Part shown: piece after piece, positions 1 to 12,700 of the stretch
Position numbering within the stretch: the stretch's first letter is position 1
How the letters are laid out: each line of letters opens with the position of its first letter
Source of the DNA: Lingula anatina
Taxonomy: Eukaryota; Animalia; Brachiopoda
DNA: 64,000 bases
Direction: 5' to 3'
Assembly (NCBI GenBank): GCA_051362555.1
Contig: CM120640.1
Span: 68,550,788-68,614,787 of the forward strand
Translations under genes and position numbers: made by a program
The notes under the pieces: model-generated
What the model was told of the DNA's origin: nothing
Database searches by the model: none
Seen by the model: the letters and a program-made list of their open reading frames with translations, nothing else

Positions 1-1364
1 TAAAAAAATGGCAGTAAAATGTTAATTTTGTTTTATGTTAAAAAAGTGTTAAAAATGGAAATAAACCCATTTCAGAATAGTGCTGTCTTGTTTCACATTT
101 CCTCAGATTCAATTTTTAGGCATGTTAACAGTTTCATTATTTAATTAATAAGATAAGTAAAAATGTTTGTTTGACATTTCCTGCATCTTTACAACATTGT
201 TAGTTGATTTTGTAAAAATGATGGTAAACTTGTTATCGTGTATTGTGTAATAAAGTTTCAAAAATGGAAATAAACTCATATCATTACAGTTTGTAAGATT
301 CAATCATTCACTATGTTCAGAAACTCAGAATGGAGGAAATTGGACATTTGACACTGTTCTATTGATATTTTTCCCATCTCATCAATTTTCTTAGTTGATC
401 ATATAAAAATGGCAGTAAACTGTTAATTTTGTTTTATGTTAAAAAAGTGTTAAAAATGAAAAAAAAAAAAAATTTCAGAACAGTGCTGTCTTGTTTACAT
501 TTTGGCATTTTCAAGTTGTGACTTTGAAGTTCCATGGGCCTGAAGACCTTTGCTAGTCACATTTTCTGTATATCCTTAATACTAAAATTTTATTATTAAA
601 AATTGATGGTCATTATGCTGTTAAACGTTATGTAATATTGCATCAAAATTTGGAAAAAAAATATTTTGGGCACTGCTCCCATGATGGCCATTTAAGAAAA
701 ATCATGTCACTTACTGTTCTCAAACTTACAGGAAAGAAACATGGGACTAAAATACAGCTTCAGTAGGCAATGCAGTCTGTTTGGTAATTCTTTCTGCTAG
801 TTAAACAGTTTTTTTTTGTGAAAATTTAATTTTTCACATATTGGCATTTTCAAGGTGTGACTTTGAAGTTCCATGGGCTTGAAGACCCATGCTAGTCACA
901 TTTTCTGAAAATCCATGATACGTATATTTTATTATTAAAAATTGACGGTCATTATGCTGTTAACCATTATGTAATATTGCATCAGAATAGAAGAAAACAC
1001 AATTTTGGGTGCTGCTGCCATGATGACCATTATGGGAAAACCATGTTACTGATGATTGCCAAACGTTCAAAAAAGAAACACAGGACTAAAATGCAGCCTG
1101 AGTTGGAAAAGCAGTCTAATTGGCTTCTTTTTCTGGAAGTTATACATTTTCAAAGTGTGAACTTGAACTGCCATGGGCCTGAAGCCTTATGCTTGTTACA
1201 CATTTTACTTACATTGGTATTACCTGTTGAGCATAATTAAAATTTGATGTTGAATTTGCAGTTTAACATAATGTACTTTTGCATCAGAATTGACAGTAGC
1301 CTATTTTGTGCATAGTTATTTCCTGCTTTTTGTCTGTACACTTGACAGCTTTGCTGCCTTGTTT
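1..1364 (+). mobile_element. 3' part of non-autonomous Helentron/HINE-like element, family B
   Basis: Near-identical to 23740-24930; ends with subterminal repeat TGTCTGTACA (1331-1340), stem-loop GACAGC-TTT-GCTGCC and TTGTTT. Confidence 0.75.
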
Positions 1365-1508
1365 AATGTTACATGTACCATGGTTACTTGCCTTTATTAG
1401 AATATTTCTCTTTATAATATCATTGGGAAATTTTCATTTCTCTGATTAAATGATGCCAATGCATGCACTATTACATGTTTTGCTTGATGGATAATTTCTA
1501 TATTTCAG

Positions 1509-2479
1509 GTAATTAAAAGCCATCTTTACAAAAATATGTCATCCAGTGAACTTGCTTTGTTTTATCTGCCTTTCTGCATGAAGGTATGCTTCTGTTGTTA
1601 ATTAGAAATAACTCAACATTTTGAAATGCTTTCTGCTGTTTAGGCATCCATTTATTATATTATGATTATTGTTATAAAAATACACTGCTAGAGAGAGATC
1701 AATAAAGTAAATTGAATTTTAATTTAAAAGAAATTCATTTAAGATTTTAGGGACATTGAGTTTATCTTTTCTTCTGTTAGAGTCATCTTGGTGATGGCTT
1801 GTTCACAAAAAATGAGGAAGAGTTGTTATTGTCTCATTTGATGAATCGTCTCAATCATCCGTCTCTCAGTGCTGGCCAGAAACTGCTGTTGTATGACTGG
1901 GTGATGCATTTCCCTGACCATAAGGTAATGGGAAATGTTCTGTGAAGTGTAGTTGTTGAAGCAGATAGCACATATTAATATCTTTACCTAGACCCACTCT
2001 ACCTGGCATAAGGCCATCTTTTTGAGAATAGATTTCAGAAACTGCAGTTAACATATGTATGGTAACAAATTGGGTAAGAAATTGAGTTTTTAAATGTCTT
2101 ATAATATATATAAGAATTGTTGAATAGGCTGTTGATTGAATGCACTGATACTTTGCCTAAGACATCAGTGTACCCACCTCCCTTCCGATTATTTGTATGA
2201 GGAGAATGAAACAGTATTACCAAGTGTACAATCTTCTTATATCAGGGTGTGGTGAGCCAGGATCCCAGTGTGCCTTACCTTCTACAACCATCCCAGTATC
2301 ATCCATTATTTCCCAGGGTATTTGATGGCACGGATACACAACTCAAGAAAATCAGTATTCTAAACCTCTGTTACTCACCATCAGACCAGCCAGGTAGTTC
2401 ATACTGTGATGTTTTTTATTAAAATTTGTATCTGTATCAAGATGATGGGTTGCACTATATTTACATCAACCAAAAGTGT

Positions 2480-2527
<48 letters not shown>

Positions 2528-3661
2528 CTTTAAGGCCAATTATATGATGAGATCCTTATAATATACAGTATCCAATGCTAATAAATACGCACATTCCTTA
2601 TGGTTAAGCTATTAGATCCCCTTTGAATGTTGCTTTGGAGTGTGCAGCTTACACTAGTTAAAATGTTTATCTAAAAATATTTCAACTGTAATATTTCAGA
2701 CTCCTCTTCTGCTGTCCTAATGAGTGCAGTGAAGTGCCTACACAAACTTGTACAGTATGGAGTGACTGGCAGAGCAGCTGTTGCACTTTTCAGGGCTTTG
2801 TTCTTCTTTTACAAGAGGCACCATAAGTCTTGCTTGGTGGCTGACATACAAAAGTAAGTAATTATCATTTTTGATTTCATTACATTAATTTTTTCTCATT
2901 TTATTTATTTATTTATTATTTTTCATCTTGGAAAATATGTAATTTTTGAGTTGTCATTTTGAATTGTTGGTTTGAATTGTAAATGTATATTCTATGCATA
3001 TTTTTATTTTCATTTTGAATTAATACTCCATATTAATGATAACATTTCTAGTGGCAAACCATTATATATGAATCCTCATTGTTCTGTGTTTTATTTTAAT
3101 TACTGCATTAAAGGTTCCTGACTGGCATAGTGACAGCTCATCCCAAGTTTGCTCCTCACTTGATAGACTTCCTAGCTTGTTGCAGGGAAACACACCCAGA
3201 AAGGTATCTTTAGTTTTTTTCGTAATGCACATGACATAAACTATGTTCTTAATGCATTAATGTCTATATTTCCTGTCATTAAAAATATGTATTACTGAAA
3301 CTAGGACAAAAAAGCCTGAATGCTTTTCTGTCATAAAAATGCATCTCAATGTTGTTTCATTATTAACTTGTCTAAATGTTTAACGCCAAAATTTGGTTTT
3401 TGCTCCTCAGTTCTCTTCCACTGGCTGTGTTATCCGCTCTCTCCAATCACATCGTATCTCTGCCGGAGACGCAGGTGATGGAAAATCTACTTTACAACCT
3501 CCAGGTTCTAGAGAGGGCAGCTCAGGAACCAGGCATAGCTCCCAAGGTGGGTACATGGTAGTAGTATAAGAATGAGGAGGACAAGGTTTTCAAACATTTT
3601 TTTCTATATTTTTTATTAAAGTATTGGTTCATGATCTTTTCTACTGGAACTGACAAATGGT

Positions 3662-3749
<88 letters not shown>

Positions 3750-6700
3750 TTTTTTCATATAAATTAGAAATTTTTTTTTTTTTGTTGGCATTTTTCCAAT
3801 TCTCGTGGTACCCAAACCCCTGGTCATACACGTAAGCCCACCAAGCAGTTTTTCCTACTTTTTTTTCCTTAAAACCCAAATATCATCTGCAGTAGGCTGG
3901 TTTTGTTGTCATAATTTTTGTCTCTTCTTTTAATTTCTAAATCAGCCCATTGTTGAGTTTTGCATATCCCTGTTGAAGACTACTACTCTATGTGTGGAAG
4001 GCAACTGGAGGAAAGGCAATGGGCTGCTTGCTGTGTGTAGAAGCATACTGCAGTATCACAATACAATCCCTGTACATGTGGGTGAGTTGTGGGTGTAGGA
4101 AAGTATGATAGTGTATTATATTATGGTGACATGTGGGTTACGTAACCATCAGCAGCAGGAAAGATGGAACTTGTGACCACTACATGCAGTGGTTAATGTA
4201 CTTAATAGCCAAGAGCATTTAAGGGCAAATTTTTTTGTTGCTGTGTTTATCATTTACTTCTTGATCTTTGGGTCCAGTTTTACAATATTTTATTTGTCTT
4301 TAATATATTTGCTTGACATGATTTGATTTTCTGATAAGTTTTATTAACAGAACATATCTAGATGATAGACAACATCTCAAGGATTTGTATGTAATCCCCA
4401 AAATTATGTTACCTATTTTCAGAATTTGGAGATCTTCTATATCTAATTTTTACCTTCTTTGAGGAGGTAGACATCAGAGACAGGGCCAGGTTCTACTATG
4501 CAGTCTTGACAAATCTTTCCAGTGACAAGGTAAGCAGATATTTCATATATGAACTCGTACATCTGCTGCTGCTAAACTTAAACTTTCACATGTCCCTTAT
4601 GAAACTGCCCCATGGGTCTTGTAAGATGTTGTATAGGAATTTGGTCAAAATTCCTATAGGATCTTATGGGACATACATATATGCCCTAGATAGAATCTAG
4701 ATATGATCGAATTCCTATAGAGTCCAATCATATAGGAAACTTTTGGAAGGGGCGGCACTCTTACCCTCTTCATGATATTTATACAAAATTCTCATCTATA
4801 TCTCTTACGTAATCTGAAATCATCCCATAGACAGATACAAAGAATGCATATTTTGTGAAATATGTGAAAATTTCGATTAATACTGATTTCTAAGAGGCAC
4901 ACAGAGTTTAGTAATTTCCCTGCATTGGTATTGCATGCACTGAAACACTGATAATCAATTGTCTTTTACATTACAATGAGTTAGAAAAAAGACCTGTTTT
5001 CACAAATTTCAATGTTCTTAGAAAATACATTAGTAACCCAGAATATTTGCATTCAGAGGATAAAGGGTCCAGATTTTGATGAAAATTTCTTTTATGTGTT
5101 CATAAGCAATCTAGGAAAAGTTACTGTTTGTAGTAGACCAATTAAAAAAAAGAAGACTTATGGCATTGACAGGTCTACAGTACATGTACAGTATGTAGCT
5201 CATAAGCCAAATGTCTGGCATCCAAACTTGCGCATTTATATGTTTCAGTATAGCAAACTTGTATCCTTTTGCTGACTGTATACAATGTTTTCTTTTATAG
5301 ACATCTGGAATATTACTAAACCCTGTTACCAACAGCAACACAGCCTCTCAAACTTTGACCAGCCTGATGACAGGTAAGGCAGGATTTAAGAACATTAGAA
5401 CAGTGATTAGAGATGCCAATTATATCAGACTCAACAAATATTGGCTTATCTGCAAAAAAAAAAAAGCACAAAAAAATCACAGAGTGATTCATACTTTATA
5501 TGACTGCTTAACTGCTCATTATACATTTGAGCTGTATAGATTTTAGATTTGATTATATTATTATCTACAAAAACTACATTTCAAGAGTGTAGTTCTTTGT
5601 TTATAACTTGATAAGGCACCTGTTTGAAGAGCTTGTCAGAACCGAATAGCATTATATATTGCCCTTTATTTCAAAATTGATACTGAGCCATCTAGTCCAG
5701 TAGAACTGTTAATGAGGTACAAAGTGTGTCATAATACAGAGCATGGCATCATATATGGTCATTTTATATTTTCTTTAAAGGCATGTTAATACAAGCGCCA
5801 CCTTGTTTGCTAATGAATAGACTATAAGGTAATCATTCAATCTTTTCATTGGTGGGCATATTGTGAATACAGTATTTTTAAGACATAATTTCATAAAATT
5901 AAAACATTCCCATGCAACAAAACAAAATTGCAACAAAATTAAAAAGCAGGCTACCATATATTTCAATTCTATGCTGTAAAAGAACCACAAATGCTACATA
6001 GAAATATAATTTTTGTGATCACAAAACTGAAAGTTTGATCACTTTTGCCCATTGAAAAGATCAAGTTACTGTGGTATTTCATTTCACAGTGTTATTCATG
6101 TCAGAAGAAATACTGAGTACTTTATCATAAGAGTATATTTCAGCAACTGCAAAAATACTGAAATGCATATTCATCATCAAACTGATTTTGCTTTTACATC
6201 TTGTTATCTGACAATCAGAGTTGATAATTATTACCCAAATTCCTTGTTTTATGCAAAGTTTAAAAATGCAATGCATGAAACCATTTACTTGCAAATGTCT
6301 AAAATGAAGACAAAAATAGGTGTTTAATAAACACACAGTTTAATTAGACTGATCTGCAGTTTGGAATGAGATAGAGATATTGTTAAATAGCCCTTGGGTG
6401 CCTTTACAAATAATACTTAAAATTTGTGCATTTAGGACCTCAGGCTTCTTTGTTGCCAAAATCCCATTTGCAGTCATTTTATCTAAAGAAATGCACTTTC
6501 ATGTACATGGATTTGTGGCTGAATAACGCACACTGTACAGTAATGGAAAAATAGACAGTTTACATTAGAAGACAATGCACAGTGTACAAGGTGCTACTTC
6601 ACGATTGGATCGGAAATTAAATTAAGCAAACATGAAAACAGCATTTTGAGTTTTACAGCTTATAAGCATTTCATATTAACTGACATGAAAATCTTTTTCT

Positions 6701-9700
6701 GAAGTCTGGAAATATTGCATGCATGTGTAGCACATAATTGGTTTAGGACAGTATTATATACAGTGTGAATTGGAAAAAAGCAACTATGGCAATGAGGCCT
6801 ATAAGTAGGAAGGGGGGGGGGGGCAAAAGAACCGACCTTTTTAATGGAAAAAGTCCACTCTGAATCAAAGGATGTGATTAAGGAGCTATACCATTCTGTA
6901 AGTTGGGTCAACTAAGAGGGTGAAAAGGTTATAGAAAAAGAAGCCCTCCACGAAATTGCTACAAGCCTGGTATTAGTTTGTGTTAGACCATGCACTGATA
7001 CAGACTGTTGGGCAGGTCAAGTCAGTCTTTAAGTCCTGATGCCACCCTTGTCTTGCATGGTTTTCCCTCAATTTTTTTCTGCTCTGCCTTATTGTTGTCG
7101 AAGAACAGGTTGATGTTGACTATATTGATTTGTTCCTTCACTTGGTATTCGCACCTTTGAGCCTTCTTTTCTATAACAATATAAAAAATTAGATACAATA
7201 TAAACTGCTGCCAATTGCTGGAAGTCATTAAGTAACAGATACATTTGAGTTACTGGACTGAGAAGATATATCAATTGACATTTTTCTTCAACATATGTTT
7301 TTCTTAAAAGCACTTGGTATTTCAGGTCTTACTGCTACCTAGAACAGTTAAAGACAAAAAGCAAGCAAAAAGAAAAGACTAACAAATAAAAGAATAATAC
7401 TGCATTAATTGTACCACCAGCGTTAGCGCTGGCGGTACACATGGTTTCGGTCCCGTCCGGATCGTTCCGCCGGCTCCGCCGGCTCCGCCGGCTCCGTTGG
7501 CTCCGCCGGACGGCTACCGTTACCGCTTCTCCTCCTAGACGGTAAGGGCCCCCGTACCCATCTCATGGATTTAGGTCACCTATAATCTCAACTCGTTCCA
7601 CGTAAAATTTGGGCTTTGTCGGTATTGGGGTTTGGGTGTGGCACTCATTGCAATGCACCCTTGTCTAAAAATGGCAAAATTAAATGCTAATTATCTACCC
7701 TACGGAAGGAGTTATGGGAAAAATTTCTATGGACGGCTTTCCAAAAGTCATATGTGTAGATTTCAAATATACCCTTGGATTTGACCTTTGACCTTTACTT
7801 CAAGGTCAAATGGGCCAAAATTTTCAAAAAAATGAAATTTTTTACGAAAAAAAAATTATTTGCCCTGTTATTCAGACACCACACAGACTTAACCAATAAT
7901 ATTATTGGAAGGTGTTACCCTTCAGGTCATCTTTCATCTCCATGAATTTGGGGTCAATCGGTGCATTTTCACGGGAGTAGCGGCCATAAGATACCGAAAC
8001 TGAAAACTGTCTCTAATTCGGGAACCGTTAATGCTAGAGACCCATTCTTTTTTGCATTTTGTAGAGCATGTAAAGCCCAACACTGGAGGTGGTCTCGGTT
8101 TTTTTGTATTCCATACGGTTTTCGAGTTACGCTGTATCAAAAAGTACATATTGGTGGTAAAAGCAAAATGTGCAGTACGGTAATGGATAATAAATTTTGA
8201 ACTCTGGAAAAATAAAACATAAGGCTTGGCAAAGCAGACAACTTGTGTTCAAAAATGACATTATTTCATCAAATTTGAACTTCTGAAACTTCAGAGCACC
8301 TCCTATTTCAAGAATTTTGACCAAAATGACATTTTCTTTATTTGAATTAATTTTTTCTGTACGAAATTTAAGGCACATTATGGTAACTCCAAAATTATAA
8401 CATTTAGTCCCTTTTATCTCCAAAACTGGCAGAGATAGGTCCATAGTTACTATTGAAGTTGAATAGGAAGTCATATACTGGCAATCTTACTATGACCTTG
8501 AAAGTGACCTTTGACCTACTTTTCACCATGAACTGAACTTTGCAAATTTTTCTTCCCTTTTATCTCCAAAACTGGCAGAGATAGGTCCATAGTTACTATT
8601 GAAGTTGAATAGGAAGTCATATACTGGCAATCTTACTATGACCTTGAAAGTGACCTTTGACCTACTTTTCACCATGAACTGAACTTTGCAAATTTTTCTT
8701 CCCTTTTATCTCCAAAACTGGCAGAGATAGGTCCATAGTTACTATTGAAGTTGAATAGGAAGTCATATACTGGCAATCTTACTATGACCTTGAAAGTGAC
8801 CTTTGACCTACTTTTCACCATGAACTGAACTTTGCAAATTTTTCTTCCCTTTTATCTCCAAAACTGGCAGAGATAGGTCCATAGTTACTATTGAACTTGA
8901 ATAGGAAGTCATATACTGGCAATCTAAATGTGACCTTAAAATTGACCTTTGACCTACTTTTCACCATAAACTGAACTTTGCAAAATTTGCTTCCCTTTTA
9001 TCTCCAAAACTGGCAGAGATAGGTCCATAGCTACTATTGAACTTGAATAGGAAGTCATATACTGGCAATCTAAATGTGACCTTAAAATTGACCTTTGACC
9101 TACTTTACACCATGAACTGAATTTTGCAAATTTTGCTTTCCTTTTATCTCCAAAACTGGCTGAGATAGGTCCGTAGTTACTATTGAACTTGAATAGGAAG
9201 TCATATACTGGCAATCTAAATAGGACCTTAAAATTGACCTTTGACCTACTTTACACCATGAACTGAATTTTGCAAATTTTGCTTCCCTTTTATCTCCAAA
9301 ACTGGCTGAGATAGGTCCGTAGTTACTATTGAACTTGAATAGGAAGTCATATACTGGCAATCTAAATGTGACCTCAAAATTGACCTTTGACCTACTTTTC
9401 ACCATAAACTGAACTTTGCAAATTTTGCTTCCCTTTTATCTCCAAAACTGGCAGAGATAGGTCCATAGTTACTATTGAACTTGAATAGGAAGTCATATAC
9501 TGGCAATCTAAATGTGACCTTGAAATTGACCTTTGACCTACTTTTCACCATGAACTGAATTTTGCAAATTTTGCTTCCCTTTTATCTCCAAAACTGGCTG
9601 AGATAGGTCCATAGTTACTATTGAACTTGAATAGGAAGTCATATACTGGCAATCTAAATGTGACCTTGAAATTGACCTCTGACCTACTTTTCACCATGAA

Positions 9701-12700
9701 CTGAACTTTGCAAATTTTGCTTTCCTTTTATCTCCAAAACTGGCAGAAATAGGTCCATAGTTACTATTGAACTTGAAAAGGAAGTCATATACTGGCATTA
9801 TAAATGTGACCTTAAAATTGACCTTTGACCTACTTTACACCATAAACTGAATTTTGCAAATTTTGCTTTCCTTTTATCTCCAAAACTGGCTGAGATAGGT
9901 CCGTAGTTACTATTGAACTTGAATAGGAAGTCATATACTGGCATTATAAATGTGACATTAAAATTGACCTTTGTCCTACTTTTCACCATAAACTGAACTT
10001 TGCAAATTTTGCTTCCCTTTTATCTCCAAAACTGGCAGAGATAGGTCCTTAGTTACTATTGAACTTGAATAGAAAGTCATATACTGGCAATCTAAATGTG
10101 ACCTTGAAATTGACCTTTGACCTACTTTTTATCATGAACTGAACTCTGCTAATTTCTTTCTCTTTTAACTTCAAACTTGACAGAGATAGGTCCATAGTTA
10201 CTCTTGAACTTGAATAGGAAGTCATATACTGGCAATTTACTGTGACCTTGAAATTGACCCTTGACCTACCTTACGAAGAACTTAAATTTGATTGTACCAT
10301 ATATATTTTTTGCAATAGTTTAAAAATTCTTGTTGATTGCATTTTTACAGCTTGTCAAGCACAAAACTGGTGGCTGTGTCCCTTATTTTGTGTATGTGGG
10401 GGTCTATACGAATGCGCTTGCTCCAGCTGGTGGTACAATATTCGGAGGCGGTATCGCCTCTCTGATCCTCTAGTTTCTTTTATGTTTAGTTTTCTATCTG
10501 CTCCAATAATAGGAACTATTTCTTCTCAAAATGGGTTTTAGATTAAAGAAACAATTATTTTACATTTTGTGTATGTCTCTTTATGAGAACATTTTAAGAT
10601 GATGTCGCCCACATCCTATTCTTTCATTAATTTGATTACACTCTGATCTCTAACACAAAGATGAATCCTGAAGGCTAGACTTAAAATCAATCCATTTCAG
10701 ATTCAGGCCATCAGATCAAATAAATGAGATCATTAGCTTGGAAATTAGGACTGTTAGTTTGCACTGTAGAGATAGAAGATAAGCTTGTATCTGTAAAGAA
10801 AAATCATCAAAAATAGAGGTATTAGTGTAAATGGTGTAGCAGGCTAGGGTATGGTTGCCCCTTACCTTGGCAGTTCTTCCTCCCCAAATTTCAGGTTCCG
10901 TGCTGAGACGGAGCCCAGGCTGTGTTTTGACAGGGCCTTGGTGAGCAAATCTGCAGAGAGCTGGCATGGCTGAACCTCCTGGGGTTTTCTGGATACTGTG
11001 TCAGGGGTGGGAGGGGGGACAGGGGGTCTGACGGGAGAGTGGGGCTCAGGAACTGCCAGGGAGCATTCAACCTGGGGCCACAGGGTCTCTACAGGGGCAG
11101 GTTTACGCAAAGATTTTTTGGCAGGGCACTCTTTTATAGGACTCAGTGGGACACTGCAATTTACAAAACCAACTTTTGATTTTTATTGTTTTGAATATAA
11201 AGGTATAAAAATATGGGTATCCTTTAAAGATGTGCGTTGTTTAAAACTATAAATTTTTCTGCCATTTTCATCAAACCAAAGATTAAGCATACAAACTAAT
11301 AATTTCCAGTTATTAAAAAACTGAATATGACTGATCGAACTAAAGATAAAAATGCATGTTAAAAAAAATTAATTGAAAAATAATATAAATGCATTTTTTG
11401 TGGCCAAATTTAGTTTGAGCATGTAAACTATTCATTTAGAAAAATTAAAGAAATTGGGTTAATAAAATCAAGAACAGAAATGTATGTAAAGAAAAGTAAG
11501 ATAGATACAGTGCTTGCAACAGTCAACTTGATGACAAAAAGAATTACCTGTCCACTTGTTTGTCATCACACTTGAGCAGAGCAAAGTTTAACTCCTCTGG
11601 CTGGAACTGAAACTCGGTAAGGGGCTGGTTTCCTGGTTGGTTGAGAAATGGTGTGCTTGGTGTTGGGGGTGGGGCACAAGGCGTGTTCTTCTGAGAGCCC
11701 TGACAAGATAGTCTGGGTGATGAAGGGGATGCCTGACTGCAGGTTCTCTCCCTGTCTGACCCCAGTGCTGCACTTCCACTGGACACCTGGTCACATTTTG
11801 GCAATAGTTTTTGCTCATCTTGTACACATTTCGAAGGTTTGTGCTCCACATGAAGTGACACTGTTTTACCTTCTGAAGTATTCCTTTTGCTCCCAGAATG
11901 GAGAGTTATTTCGTTAGTTGGTTGCTGCAGTAGCTTCTCCATTCCTCATGTACTTGTGACATTGATTAGATTGCCGGAGATTCTCTAGGCTTTGAAAAAA
12001 AAAGCTGTGGGATTTAAATGCTAAACCTTTCTCATCACCAGTAATCTTTCCAGTGTCCTATATTTACTGACCTTTGTATATTTCCTAAGAACAATGGACT
12101 TTCAATAGACAACTCCCTCCCTAATTTGCAAGAACATAGCTCACTAAGGTGTAGCAGTTAGTAGGCTAAAATCACATGCCCAGTTGACTTCACTGCCTGA
12201 GGATCAGTACCATGGACAGTCTCTGTACAATAGAGGTGTGCATCCCTCAGATGGACAATATTGATTTGAGCAGTTATCAATGTTGATAAATTTGCCAGAT
12301 GTTTCTGATCATTAGACTTGATACATGGCAGAACTGAGTGTGTGAGACTGAGGAGAGTGGTTCGGGGAGGTTGTTATATGAACAACAGCAACCACTCCAT
12401 AAAGGCTTAAAGCCACTAATGTGCCACAACCTTTTATTGAACACAGTACTGCAATAGACCACAAAAGTCTTTTAAGTCATCATCAGGGGACTGACTAACT
12501 ATCACCTTTAGTATTATAGCTTACTAAAAATCCTCTGTGTACAGAGCATGAGGTTGCCATTAGAGATGGGCTAAAAAGGGAAGAAAAGTATATAATCCAC
12601 ATGCAGTTTTCTGAATCTGTAGGACAGCTTATGGGAAGCCTCGTAGGTTAAAAATATCTTCCTTATAAGAGATGATGACCATGTTGAAACCCTTCAAAGG

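Noticed and set aside
3522-3879. KKKK-YIYIYI ORFs
   Set aside because: Translations of poly-T and (TA)n.
8127-9989. Repeated ORFs (MVKSRSKVNF.., MTSYSTSI..) here and at 26346-29038
   Set aside because: They are translations of the 146-bp tandem repeat; 146 is not a multiple of 3, frames rotate and stop often; no protein motif.
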